Origin: Polymyxa betae A26-41
Taxonomy: Eukaryota > Protista > Endomyxa: Phytomyxea
Assembly (NCBI GenBank): GCA_003693705.1
Contig: RBZT01000375.1
Location: forward strand, 1-64,000
DNA length: 64,000 bases
Direction: 5' to 3'
Positions 1-13,072 of the stretch are shown here, in pieces. The stretch's first letter is position 1. Each line of letters begins with the position of its first letter. The translations under genes and the position numbers were made by a program. The notes below the pieces were generated by a model, which saw nothing but the letters and a program-made list of their open reading frames with translations, was not told the origin of the DNA and ran no database searches.

Positions 1-131
1 GGAGGCCGCTCCTCGCCATTCATAGTAGGGAGACGAGAGAGAAATAGGATTCTATTTATAGATTTCCGTATTCAAGGAGGCCTGATTATCGGTATGAAAA
101 ACACCGCAACCAAAATTCCGTGAAATCACTA

Positions 132-724
132 CCGTTTTCCCCCGCACATAAGGCATATGCCTTATATTCAAGGGTGGATATTTTTTTGCCATTCTCGCCT
201 ACGGTAGTCTATCCCTCGAAGATAAGGTATATGCCCTATATTCAAGGTAACGTAAAGTATGCCTTCTATTCAAGGGTTCTAAATTCCATTGTTGGCGAAA
301 GCCCATGTGCCTAATATTCGAGGTTTTTGACATTTGTTAACATTTTGCAGCGCAGCGCAAGCTCTTTATTCAGATGTATCTGGAAGTGGTGCCGTCAAAA
401 TTTTGTATGGCCCACTTACCTTAATAATAAACTACAACCATGTCTGACACTGCCGGACGTCCCGTCGCGCCGTCTCCTTCAACAGGATTCGCATTATACT
501 TCTATTTCAATCTTTGCTCGGGGTTCTGAACCTCAATTTCAATAAAAAAGAGCGGTACTAACGTTGAAAACTCGATTCATTTTATTAAGCTTCAAAAACC
601 TCGAATAAAGGGACCAGAATCCAATCCCTTGAATAGTGCGCACACCATGCAGTTTTCGAATAGAAGGCTCATGTGCCTTCTACTCAAATACATGGCACTG
701 TGCCTTATGTGCGGGGAAAAACGG
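132..724. mobile_element. Non-autonomous Tc1/mariner (pogo-like) MITE, 593 bp
   Basis: 24-bp terminal inverted repeats: CCGTTTTCCCCCGCACATAAGGCA (132-155) matches the reverse complement of 701-724 at 23/24 positions. TA flanks both ends (130-131, 725-726). Subterminal repeats resemble ATGCCYTMTATTCAAGG. No transposase ORF. Confidence 0.85.
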
Positions 725-1115
725 TAGGGTTCTCCAAAGAAGATATCAAAAACAGAAAAAACAATAAGAGACTCAACACTGTACAGAGGAAATTACACAA
801 AGAGAATTTTAGAATATCATAACATATAGAAAACTATATTAGTAAATCAATCATAGAGTACCAGCCTATCTAATATCAAATTGTAAAAATATTTGTAAAA
901 TTACAATTTCCGAGTAAATTTCGTGTTTTGGAAAAGTGATAAGAAACGATTTTTTTTATTTTGGATTGTCTGTAAAGGTCTGAGATTGTAAGAACATCTA
1001 CCCATAACCTACTTTAATACAAAATTCAATTTTAGTTATTATGGTAGTTTTGGAAAGAGGTTGGTGGAAACTCGTGGGGTTGTAAGCGGCACTTGTGCCG
1101 CCGTCTAAACCTTGC

Positions 1116-2590
1116 CTAATCTGGGGGTAGTGGCAAAGTCTGCTGCCTGATTGTATTTCGGTAACAAGGTTTTCTGTGAGGTACTCTAAGTAGAAATGGC
1201 AGGATGAAGTTATTCTTTTCCAGCTTGTTTCCGATGGTTGTTTCATTTCGGTATGTCCAAGATAACCGAGACTGACTCTTGGTGAAATCCAGTTTTACAG
1301 ACACATTATTGAAATCGGCTTCTACTTCACACGTCGCAGGGCTTTCAGCAAAGGTAAACATTATTTCTGGGTGCTGTGTATTCCTTGACATGATTCCTTC
1401 GCAATTTGAAGTGAGCTCGCAACTGATTGTTTCCTCTTTCTGGGTTTGCCAACCGTAGAGTTATGATAAATTCGGTGACTTTCAATTCCAATCTGAGATA
1501 TGCAATTTACCTCGACTAAACTGAATGCCCGAGATGCCCAATCTTTTTACTCCATCCTCAGTCTTCAAGAGGATTGGTCAGCATTGATGAAATTCATCGC
1601 GTGTAATTTGCATATTTCAACATTATTCGTAGAGCCGGGATTTTCTCAGTTCGAAGATCATTCGTAACGTAACTGCTTTGACATCCATCAGCCAGCCCTT
1701 CTAGTTGCTTTATTACCGGGCATTCCCTTGTTGTTCAGTTTATGATTGGGATCGCTCGAACTCGGCATGGTTTTTGATTGAAATTTCAAAATTCTAAAAT
1801 CGGCAATGTTTGATTACTTCGAGATTTCATCATTCGAAGCAGATATTTCGATGTCAAGATTTCCTATTCCGTACTGAATTCGTTTTCGCAAGCGATCTCA
1901 GATATTTGATTCTTGGTTTCATATCATGATCAGATGATGGGATTGACTGACTCGAAATAGAACGTCATATGGAAAATCTGTCTGCGTTTCCATCATCTGA
2001 AACCTTGGTCGATGATTTCGGTATAATTTCAGAAAATCGCCGAAAGGCCGAGTCTGATTCGATTCAGATATTGCTACATTATCGTACACTCCAAGAATTG
2101 TGAGATTCAGCAACTTCGCTCAAGCCAACGACGAGGCTGGTTTCCACATTGATATTAGTTACCAAACTGTATTGCAGAAATTGCGATCACAACTTAAGAA
2201 ATCGAAAAAGAGAAAGCGAGCTGTTGACGAGAAGGGTACTGAGCGGCGACATCGGGTTGGTGATGCTGTTTGGTTCTTCACAATAGAAGTTGATAGTGCT
2301 TTCTTAGCTGGCATTACAAGCAGTTACAATATTACAGGATTGGTTCAATGACCATTTAGATCACCCTTATCCAACTGATACAGAAAAAGTATGCAAACTG
2401 CAATCATGAAGCTATGCAGACTGATGATTCTGTAGGAAGAGCTATGCCAGACAGCTGATATCACTTTGAAGCAGCTTGTGAATTGTAACATTTTAAATTC
2501 TAACTCGAAGCCTTGGTTTTAGATTTGCTCTTAGGGTTTACGAACACTCGTAAAAGGATTTGGCCAAGGTATAAGCAAGCCCGACAAACT
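1116..2590. pseudogene. Decayed coding-like relics of unknown origin (possibly TE-derived)
   Basis: Protein-like fragments on both strands (1116-1391 minus, 2100-2351 plus) broken by stops and frameshifts, with no usable splice sites. Lies next to a MITE. No family recognised. Confidence 0.25.
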
Positions 2591-2726
2591 GAGTAAGCAA
2601 ATATGCCTCACACTGTGAGTCCATAACTTATAAATACGATTGACCTTGTTAATTTTTTATACAAAATGCTGCTGCGATAACGTCAGACGATATGGCGCAT
2701 GTATTTGTTGATATAGAAATAAAGCA

Positions 2727-5018
2727 TCAAAAGTCGGCGAATGGATCGTTTTCGAGAATGACGTCAGCTGGGACTTCGGTTGAATCCGGGAAATGATCGA
2801 AATTCCGGGTGTCGTCTTCGCCTCGAACTTTGGGGATAAACGGCGTCAGCATTCGGCGATTGTAAAGTTTCGTCCAGTTGATATTGGCGAACCATTTGTG
2901 GCGCTTGATATCTTCCACGCCGTTCTTCAGATTACCAAGACGGTTCGTAATATCAGGCGTCAGAAGTCGGGCAATCAGATCCTGGGCAATCCATTCATAT
3001 TGATAGCTACGTCTTCATGCTGAACAGACCTTAGCATGACGATTAAAATGAGCTGGATATTCGATGCGGCCAGCAAGAATCTTTTGATAGATTCCCATCG
3101 GATCATCGTCGACGAAGGGTGGTGCTCCAGCCAGCATTTCGTAAATCAAGATACCCAGCGCCCACCAGTCTACAGGCTTGCCATGCCCTTTGTTCAGAAG
3201 AATTTCAGGTGCAATATATTCGGGCGTTCCACACAATGTCCATGTTCGGAATTCGACCTAATAACGATTTAACGCATCTTGGAAGGGTCAAATTTCCAAA
3301 TAACCTTCTTGGCGAATCCGAAATCGGTCATCTTGATGTTGCCTTTGGAATCGAGCAGAAGGTTTTCAGGTTTCAGGTCCCTGTATACTATATCCTTCGA
3401 ATGTAAATATTGGAAAGTCAATACAATTTGTGCAGCGTAGAAGCATGCCGAATCGTTATTGAATCGTCCAGCACGTCGCAGATGGGTGAAGAACTCTCCA
3501 CCAACGACGTATTCCATAGCCAGGTATAGATATTTTTTATCCTAAGAATTATCAATACGTTATGATAACATTTAGCGATTCCATACCTGAAATGAGGCAA
3601 ACATGTTGACAATGAAGGGATGGTTAATCGCCTGCAGAATGGTCTTTTCCGACATAATATGATCGACCTGTTTCAAGCGCAGAATTTCTGCCTTCTTCAG
3701 CACTTTGATGGCATAGTATTTCCCGCTGGGAACGTGTTTCGAGAAACGAACTCGGCCAAATGAGCCGGTACCGAGCGTCTCGCGAAGTTCAAAGTCTGAG
3801 AGTTTCCAAACATTCTGCAGGGCGTTCAAGCCTTGTACAGACCCGGGTGCTCCAATTGCCTTCTTAAATTCTGAAACAGAAAATCACTCCCGATTGAACG
3901 AGAATCGTTTGGAAGTGATTCGCTTACCAACAGTGAACAAATCGTCCATACGCCGGAGCCCATTACGACCACCAAACATTGACATCGAATGTCCTAATAC
4001 AATACAAGCGCTGTGATAAGCACGAGCTGAAGGCATCGTCGTGGTCGTAATCAAGCGTGCCCATGTCTAACAACAAAATTTCAATGATTTGAGTGGTGCC
4101 TTGACTTTCAGGTTTACCTTTGAAACTGTATCTAATATGCTAAGGTCATTGAAGCACCACGTTCCGTTCCAGCCTCCAAATATGATCATTCGCTTATCAA
4201 AAGCGACAGCGGAATGGCCCCATCGTCCAGCTGGCGAGATACCAAGAAGCTGTGGCTGATACCATTGATGTGTAGTGATATCATAGTAATGGACATCGTT
4301 GAAATATCCATTGTGGCTTTTGCCGCCGAATATATACAAACGCTGGTCGACGGCGACCGCCGAATGATGATTGCGAGGTGTTGGCGACTTGGGCGGATTC
4401 AGCAACGTCCAAGTGAATGTCGTTAAATCCAGGGCGTACAGGTCGTTGAGGAATTCACAATCGGCAGATTGTCCACCAAATACATAGGCGACATTATCAA
4501 TCTGGGTCTGATTCTCTCTAAGAAAGTTCCTTTCAGGTTTGAGAAAGTTGTGACACTTACAAGAGTGTGTCGTTCTCGGGGTGTTGGGGCCTTCCCATTT
4601 GTTGGAATTTGACGCCAACAGCCATTGTCGAGATTCAGCTCGAAAATATCGCTCGACAGCTTGCCGTATTCGTTCCCGCCTGATAATCTCTCAAAAACGC
4701 TTTCCAGTAGATACGCAAACACAAAATGCTTCGAGTATTTTGATGTCGGAAGATGCTCGCCTTACCGAAAACAAACATTAAATGGTCTTTTATGAACAAG
4801 GCGTGATTCTCTCGAGCTGGTGGAACGAACCCGCCCGAAATCGTCATCTCTTTCCAAGGCGATTCCGAACCATAATCGAGGACCCAGACGTCATCCAGGA
4901 CGCTGGATGTGCCTCGTCCACCATAGACGACAATGGTGGAACCACGAGCCGCCTGGCGGTGAGAGTTCCGTAATGGCGGTGCTGCACCCCGCGTCCTTTC
5001 CTCGATCCATTCGACCAT
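2727..5018 (-). CDS. Kelch-repeat (6-blade) protein fused to a cAMP-dependent protein kinase (PKA/AGC) catalytic domain
   Basis: ATG at 5018 (gcaccATGg). GT-AG introns 4765-4680, 4560-4508, 4117-4067 and 3927-3871 keep the frame through six PxxRxxH...GG kelch repeats into [38 protein letters not shown] and the C-terminal DPFADF* (FxxF) motif. Confidence 0.88.
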
Positions 5019-5855
5019 GGTGCAGATGAGCCCGTTGTGCTGGCGATAAAGGGCCTGAGACAGGATGTAGCCCTACAGCTGGATCGAGTGCTGCCCGGTA
5101 GGCATTGTTCGGGCCAACATCCTTCACAATGGCTTTTTACCAAGCTTTTTCCAATCGATTCGGGTACCAATCCGGCTGGCGGATTCATTCCTCAAAGTGG
5201 ATAAAGAAGCGGATTGCGATAAACTGAGGATTTTGCTGGAAAACTAAATTGATAAATAAGTCATGATAATTTATATAGGAAATCGAAAATCAGTGGACAG
5301 GAATGGATTCGTTGGTAGAATAATCAATGATTAGATTGTTAGAGATGGAAGGGTAATTGGTATTTTAAAAGATTCGACAACAACGTGCATTGATAATTTA
5401 ATTCCTGAAATTTGGTGAAGAAGCGTGCTGATACAGAATCTATTCTGCAAAAACCGGCTCCCCGAAAGTCCAGGATTCCAAGCAAAGAACCCTAACCCTC
5501 AAACTAGGTGAAACCGAGGCATCAACTGACAATGGCATATGTTTGAAACCAGCAAAATTGCTAGAAACCTTGCATTTCCCGGTTTAGATGATATGCACGA
5601 GAAATCAACAGCTTGGACTATCAATTACAGAATAAAGGCGCGGATCTGCTTTCATATCGACACCGATTGTTATCAATATGCTACAGAAACTGGATCATTG
5701 AGATTTCGAAGAGTAATACACAAGGTAGTAACATTAGCTGATAGTGAGACGATGTTAAAAAGAGAATGCGACACCCCCAGTTGTATCCCCTTCATTTACC
5801 CATTAGAGCATGCAATCGTCAGACAGACGTTGGTAAACCTCCTTGTCTTCATTAG

Positions 5856-8800
5856 ATGGTCAGCGCCGGCAACAATCCCAAGAATGTCCAGGAGCAGCAG
5901 CAGACCGAAACCAACCTCGGCCCATACGTAAGGCGTCCGCTGCTCCTCTTTGGAAGATGTTAACCTCCATGGATAGCATCTGGGAGAATGCATAGGAAAA
6001 GGGGCTTTCGGTTCCGTTTATCGTGGTCTGCATATGCAAACTGGAGTCACCGTGGCGATTAAAACAGTCAAACTCGATTCCATTCCAAAAGATGAATTAT
6101 CTGCAATAGAGGTAATCAATCTCCTTCTCGAACTATATCGGTAATTTCATGCGTATTTTTTTAGATGGAAATTCAGCTGTTGAAAAAGCTCAAACATCCA
6201 AATATCGTCAAATATATTGATACGATCAGATCGGAGACCGCTCTGAATATCGTCATTGAGTATGTCGAGAACGGATCACTGGCCAGTCTCGTCAAGAAAT
6301 TCGGCGGTGGATTTCCAGAAACGCTCGTTGCCATCTATATCTCGCAAGTTCTGAAAGGTCTCGACTATTTGCACTCCCAAGGTGTAATTCATCGGTTGGT
6401 AATACAATCGATATTGCTGGCTTATAATTGAACACCTCCAGGGATATTAAAGGTGCCAACATTCTTGCGACCAAAGAAGGACTGATTAAGCTTGCCGATT
6501 TCGGCGTTGCTACTAAGATTAACGATTCCCGAAAATCTGATTCGGTTGTCGGAACGGTTAGCTTAGCTTACATGAAAATTGGTTGTTTTTGCTTATTATG
6601 CTTAGCCATATTGGATGGCCCCTGAAATTATTGAAATGTCTGGCTCCCAGAGTACATCATGTGATATCTGGTTCTTGAGCATTCATTGTGAAGTGATTGG
6701 TTTTTTATTGTCTTGAAGGAGTGTTGGATGTACCGTTATTGAGTTGTTAACCGGTTCGCCACCTTATTTTGATCTTCAACCAATGCCTGCCTTATTTCGA
6801 ATAGTTCAAGATGAGCACCCTCCTTTGCCAGCAGGTTGCATGTTTGATTAGCACCAGTTATTGCATGGCTTCTTATAGACAACACAGGAACATCTCCAGC
6901 TTTGGAGGACTTTTTGCTGTTATGTTTTCAGAAAGACCCAAGCATGCGAAGCAAAGCCGAAGATCTGTTGAAGCACCCATGGCTCAGGTTTGAGCGCTTT
7001 TCAATTAGACCCATTTGTGACAAAATGGCACGATTTAGGAGTCCACAACATTCCGAAATCATGAACGATGGGCAGATTTCTCGAGAAGACTCGAATGAAG
7101 TCGATGAAGTGGTTCAACAAACAATCCGACTATTCCAAGGAGATCTTCGCAAGCAAATGGAAGACGAGCAAACCAGGCAACAATCGGTAACCCTTTCAGT
7201 CAGTCCAAAAGCAAAAAGGCCGAATGAGCTGGATTTTAGGAAGACAGCAACGATGATTTTAGTTCAGAAGACTCCAATGATGAACCAGCTGAGGACTGGG
7301 ATGCAGGTAAAATATCCGGTGTCGTCATCAGCAATTTCCGATTTTCGCTCGTTAGAATTAGCATCGGAAGCAGCTGAAATCGAGGCCACCCCAACCGTTC
7401 GCATAAAGTCAGGCTTCATTCCACCTCAAATGGCACAAACCATGATGGCGAAACAGGTAAACTGAATGTTTCTGCTCACTGATAAGTTCTTCATTATGTG
7501 AAGGTCCTGTCGAAGTTGGTTGATGACGGCCAAGAAATTGATGATGGCTTTAGCGACATGTCCTCTACAGGTTTATAGGATCACTGTCGATGAGCTTTCA
7601 ATAAGTTCTTTTTTCAGGCGCTGATGTCACTATTGGCGCAACCGGTGCACAAATCCTTGATGGATGGGTCGAGACCGATGACGATGACGATTTCCTCGCA
7701 ACTAACAGGAATAGCAATCAAAACTCGGTTGATGAAGACAGCGATGTTCTTGATATCGATTTAGAAATTGTCGAGAAACGACGCAATCGTAGAGGAGATT
7801 CCATGTCGTCTAGTGTTATTGATTAACCTTGTATCAGGTGTTTGGGATGCCAATGCTGAAGATACTCAGGATGCCTTCGCTGGGTTTGACGAGGTCGATC
7901 TCGTGGGAGATCAGGACGCGAAGCTTACCGAGGAAGTTCGTAATCTTCTACAGAGCCTGATTTCTGGCATTTCCTTAAAAACGACAAATGTTGTGTTATT
8001 GAATTCTCAGTTTCTGATCGTCTTATACTTTCTCTAGGTCTCGTCACTGATCGGCATCATCGAGTCATTACAATCAGTTTTCGAAAAACATCCAAATCAA
8101 ATCGATTCTTTAGTTGTATCGCAAGGAGTGATTCCCCTACTGGAGATCATCGATGTCACTGAAGTACTCCATTTAAGGCTGCTTGTTTCTGTTTTAAGTC
8201 TCAATTTCAGGTTATATCCGGCAAATCGCGCCTAGTTCCTGAACGGGTGACCCTGCTCCGAGGTTTACTTGAACTGGTGTTGCAAATCATGGAAGAAAGT
8301 CCACGGGTTCAGCAATCGCTGTGCTTAGTCGGCATCATCCCCATCATTGTTCAACTGATTGATCGCAGGGTTTGCGTACTTTCCATCCGCGAAAATTGCT
8401 GAACAGTTTTTAGGTTCCACGTGCTCTTAGATTGCAATCATCGCATTACGTTAGGTTGTTTTGTTCACCGACGCAAACAAAACAGGATGATAAGGTATCG
8501 AAAGAATGCATTTTTTTAAGCATCATATATATTTGGTCATAGAAAACAACTACTGTCTCGAACATGACCAGGCAAATCTTCATTGCATGTGGTGGCATCC
8601 ATTCACTTGTCTCCTTGGTTACTCTAAATACTGAAATGGATGAAAATTCAACAATATCGGAGCAGCTGGAGCTTGTGATGACAGGACTCGATTGCATTCA
8701 AATGGTCTTTGATACACCCACTAATCCCAAAAACGATTTCTGCAGGTAACGTAATTCCAAACTCTTTTTTAAAAATTGATCGATTATTAGGCTGTTCTGT

Positions 8801-10259
8801 AAAGCTGGCTTACTGAAACCGCTTCTGGAGACGCTGTACAAAATTGCAACGATTTCCCCACCAGTCCCAAACCATCCCGAAGTGATCCAAAGAATACTGA
8901 ATGGTACCGCTCACTTGTGTTTCCAAGGGCAAATGTTAAGATTAAGCAGTTGTTCTCATCTTCGGTGAGCGTGGAGATGGCGTTGTTAAGGGTTATCTTG
9001 CTAAAAGAAATGTGCTGGAAATTATGCTCAAATTGCTTGATATTGTTCCTGAATCCTCCGTTATTGTGATCTTGAAAATCATTCGACATATGACAATGGA
9101 AGTTGGTGGATGTACAGCCTTTTATCGACTTGTTCCTCAGCCTTTCTTAGGTTCAGGTTCGTGACGAGCTTGAAGCATGCGGTGCTATTCCAAAACTGAT
9201 TCAATTTTTAAACACTCCAATAATCAGCTTTACTAATCAAATACTTCCAGCAATGTATTATCTATTCAGGATCAAAGCGAGCCGGCAAGAACAGGTCATC
9301 GGGGATCCGGATAGCTTGATTTGCTTTTAAAATGATATTATAGATGGCTCTTTGTGGCATTATACCTCTTTTGCAAAGGAACATTGCTGGAGACTCACAC
9401 CTCAAGCAATTCGCTCTTCCCATGATTTGCAAGTTTGCTCACACAAGTCCACGAGTCAGGCAAGAGTTAAAGAAGTATGCAGGCAAGTCAAACGGCTCTT
9501 AAAAGGCAATACACTGAATTTGTGTTCTAGGAATTCAGTTCTATTTAACATTATTGACGCAACCTTACTGGCAGATGCAGGTGAAGAATGTGCTTGGTCA
9601 TTATCACGACATCTAATGCCTGAAATTGGCAGGCCATTGATGCTATTTCAGTGTGGTTGGCTGACGAGAGTCGTCGCGTAGAAATGGTGCTGAAACAAAA
9701 TCACAATATCCACAAGCTCATACAGGTGCTTTTCCAATAGCTCATGCCTATCGCTGACAAAATTTATAGCTTTTTATTGAATCGGATGAAAACGTAATTG
9801 GAAACATCCTGAGATCATTATCGAAAATTATCGCTCTGAGTCCAACAGTTAATAGCGCTTTAGGACAGGTGAGATGTCCTAACAAATGGTTCCGAATGCC
9901 AACATTAAATGATTTTAACAGTCTGGAACATTCCTCGAGCAGATTGTTTATAGATTGGCTACCAGTAAGCCTATCATACAAAAACCGTTGCTGATGATGG
10001 TTCGGCTTTTATTTGAAAGGTACACTCCCGTTGAAGGTAATTGCAGGTGTTATTTCTCTGCATATCAATTCATGCTGGTTCTTTAGATCCTTCGTATGGT
10101 AGGCGGACTGTCAGGAGCAAAGATTTTCCCAATCCGATGGGATCAAAACAGGGTCTCGAAAAGATTTTAAGACAATTGGCTAAAGAGGACGGCGCTGTGC
10201 TCGTACAAGATTTAGCATTGAACCTAATCAAAGACTTTTATGGTGACATAGAGAAATAA
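5856..10259 (+). CDS. STE-group kinase, Cdc7(S. pombe)/Cdc15/SepA/MAP3K-epsilon-like, with C-terminal ARM-like repeats
   Basis: Multi-exon gene: [55 protein letters not shown]-terminal KNDFCR and [10 protein letters not shown]...[12 protein letters not shown] segments are typical of SepA/Cdc7. Confidence 0.9.
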
Positions 10260-10373
10260 GTATTTATGTGTATTTTCTGTCGATTATCGGCTGTCGGCAA
10301 AGAACTGGTTTACAACCGGTTAAACTAATTCAGGATTCAGATTGATATGTTTATGAGAATTACACCAATCTTA

Positions 10374-12749
10374 CTAACGTTTTCTTCGGTGCTTTTTTAT
10401 TTCTAACTGAATAATGTTCACCGTTCTGAGGAGATTCTGGAGAATAGTGTCGTCAGCATATTGTTGTACTCCAAGTTCCTTCATGATTTCCCCAAAATCA
10501 TCTTCACTGTAAGGCTTACATAATGCTGTTGATAAAGTATTCATTATTTCTTGCTCGTCCGTGTTACGCTCATAAACGAATTTCTTATGATGGTCAGTAG
10601 AAACTGTAGAATTTTCGCAGTGCTGTTGTATATCTGTGATCTCATGCTTTTTGCTGGGACGGTTCGGATATGAGGGAATCCACTTAATCAGCTCCTCGGA
10701 TTGGAAATGACACTCCACATTTCCCTGCGTTTTGCTCGAATTGTCGCGACCAAAACTATCCACCTGATTCATTTCTTCAGATTGGTGATAATTTTCATTT
10801 CCCTCGGGATTTGACAATTCAGCAGCTGAGCAAGTATTTAGCCTCTCATAACCAATGACAGGCAATGTATCAATGGTGGCGGTGGTCAAATCTGAATTCA
10901 GGTTGTCTTCAGATTCCTGAGGTCCATTACTTCGCAATGGAATGTTAAACATTGAGGACGATACCCCAAAGAGATCGTCAGGTGAACGAAACAGCAAATC
11001 CACGGTCTATACGAATAATTAGATTCAGAGCAACAGAAACGCGGTTGAAGTTGTTACCTGGTTAATGTCGTCCCCAACACGATTGAATGTAGTATTCAGA
11101 TGCTCAGCTTCCGAAGCATCGACAGTATCCGTATTCGTTGTTGCCTCCTGCAGCCCCTGCTGATCGGTTTGGCATTCAGCATCGCGTGATTCCATCTGCG
11201 TTGTTATCACACAAGTCATGCCATGTTCAGTTTGAATCTCTTCGGAAATGGTGTGATGATCAGTTTGAACTTTTGAAATCCGATGATGTTGAATCAATTC
11301 ATCTGTAGCCTTACTATTAATTAAAGACCCGTTTTCAGACATACAAGAAATGCCAAAGGATGCAAAGCCTGGCTCGTTTGCTGTTATCGAAGATGTTCGT
11401 TGCACGAATGGGGAACATGTTTCTGGAATGTTGAATAAATCGCTCTCATTAGACATGCACTTGCTATTGAACGAAGTCGGAGTCGGCCTTTGTGAATCGG
11501 ATAATCCTCGCTGAATCCTCCATTGTTCAAGCAGATCTTCCACTTCATCGTCTTCGACCTCGTCGTTCCCCAAAAGTTGAGCGAATTCCATTAGCTTTTC
11601 ACTTGCCCACTCCCTGTCAGATGAAGGCGGTCTGACACCAACAGTGCCCTCCGGTGATAGTCCCAGATGAGTTGCAGAAACCCATTGTTTAACGGGTATG
11701 ATATTCTCTGCAGAATAAGGGTTTCGTGGACTGGAATGAAGCTGATCTCCAATCAGAGGGTAAACGTTTTCTGGTTCTGGTGTTAAAGAATGCACAAGTT
11801 TGTTGGCGTTGGGTTCAGTCTTATGTATGACTGTCGGAGGGAAACGATCTGGACTTGTGGACATTTCTTTGCGCTCCTTCTGTGGAGCCTTGGAAATTAT
11901 TGAGCTGAAAATCTCGCTTAATGAATGGCCGTTTTCTTGAACTGCAAACTCCTTATTAGCAGCAACATTTTCAGCAATCAATGGGGTTTCTGCAAGCTCG
12001 GAGCTCTGGCCCTCGACGTTCTTCGAATTAAAGCTAACGTAGTCTTGAGGATTGCTTGACGTCGCATTTATAGACTCTGACGAGCATTTTCCACCAATTT
12101 CCTCTATTGTTGAGCTATCCACATTCAGGATCTTTGTATTGGCGTCATTGTTTTGCGGTTGTTCGTTTTCGTCATGATAATTAACATTCCGCTGAGCATC
12201 ATTACTGCTCAGCACGCTCTGATGATCGCCTGTCACGATATCAAAATTAGAGTCATGTTTTAGAGCCGTTTACTTTCAATCTTAGGGCAAATCCACCAGA
12301 ACGGTTGACTGTTAGATATCGATTTCCTACGGTCGTTTCGGCTTGTAGGAGGTGCTTTTCTGAACCGATCAATCAGTGTAGCAATCGACGATGAATGCCC
12401 TAGCAGTTAATTCGGCAGAGTATTCCCACACCAATAAAGTCATTACCTTCCTGATGGATTTCTGATGGAGCATCTTTGCTTAGTTGGCCATGAGTTAGTC
12501 CTAGTCCAGACTTCGTTTGTGACGAACTGGCCTGTCTTATATTGTAATGGGGCATGAGATTTGACGCTCTCGCATGATGATTAGCGCGATGGCTGTGATG
12601 ATTAGAAGTTTTAGTCGGTCTGTTATGCAGAATGGCCTTAGCTGCTACAACCATAGGGCACACATCAGTCCAATACTATTTATCAAAAGGACGGGAGTGA
12701 CCTCCACTTGTTAACCAAAGTAACGTGACATATATCTACCTGGATCCAT
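10374..12749 (-). CDS. Low-complexity Ser/Asn/Glu-rich protein, possibly PROSER3-like
   Basis: Long ORFs 11025-12236 and 10374-11003 appear joined by short introns. EDLLEQWRIQR motif and a C-terminal helix DDTILQNLL. The start (MDPGRYMSRY at 12749) is uncertain. Confidence 0.5.
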
Positions 12750-13072
12750 TCTATGTACCAGAAATTGAATATTACAAAGTAAAAGACACAGTAATTTAAG
12801 ATATCCAGCGTTCTCAACTACCGGAATTTCAAATAAATGGCCCCGATCAATCAACACTGAAATGACACCCTTTGATGTTAATTTCATCGCCTTGTGCCGA
12901 GTGATGAGTCGTCGATGCAATGGGTTTAGTTTTCTGTAATTCTATGAAGTGACAACGATAGGCTTTAGCATTAAAAATTGGACTTTAGTGTTTAACTAAG
13001 ATTTTAACTTCGGTAACTCTCCATGGCTTCTATTGCAATCTTAATAATAATGGCAAGGAAGTGCACGAAGTT

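Noticed and set aside
2727-3949. Stand-alone PKA gene starting at MDDLFTV, with a separate kelch gene
   Set aside because: The sequence upstream of this ATG is an open, in-frame sixth kelch repeat with proper splice sites, leaving no room for a kelch stop or promoter.
7967-8037. Third GC-AG intron in the SepA-like kinase
   Set aside because: The downstream frame requires a phase-0 GT donor at ~7990.
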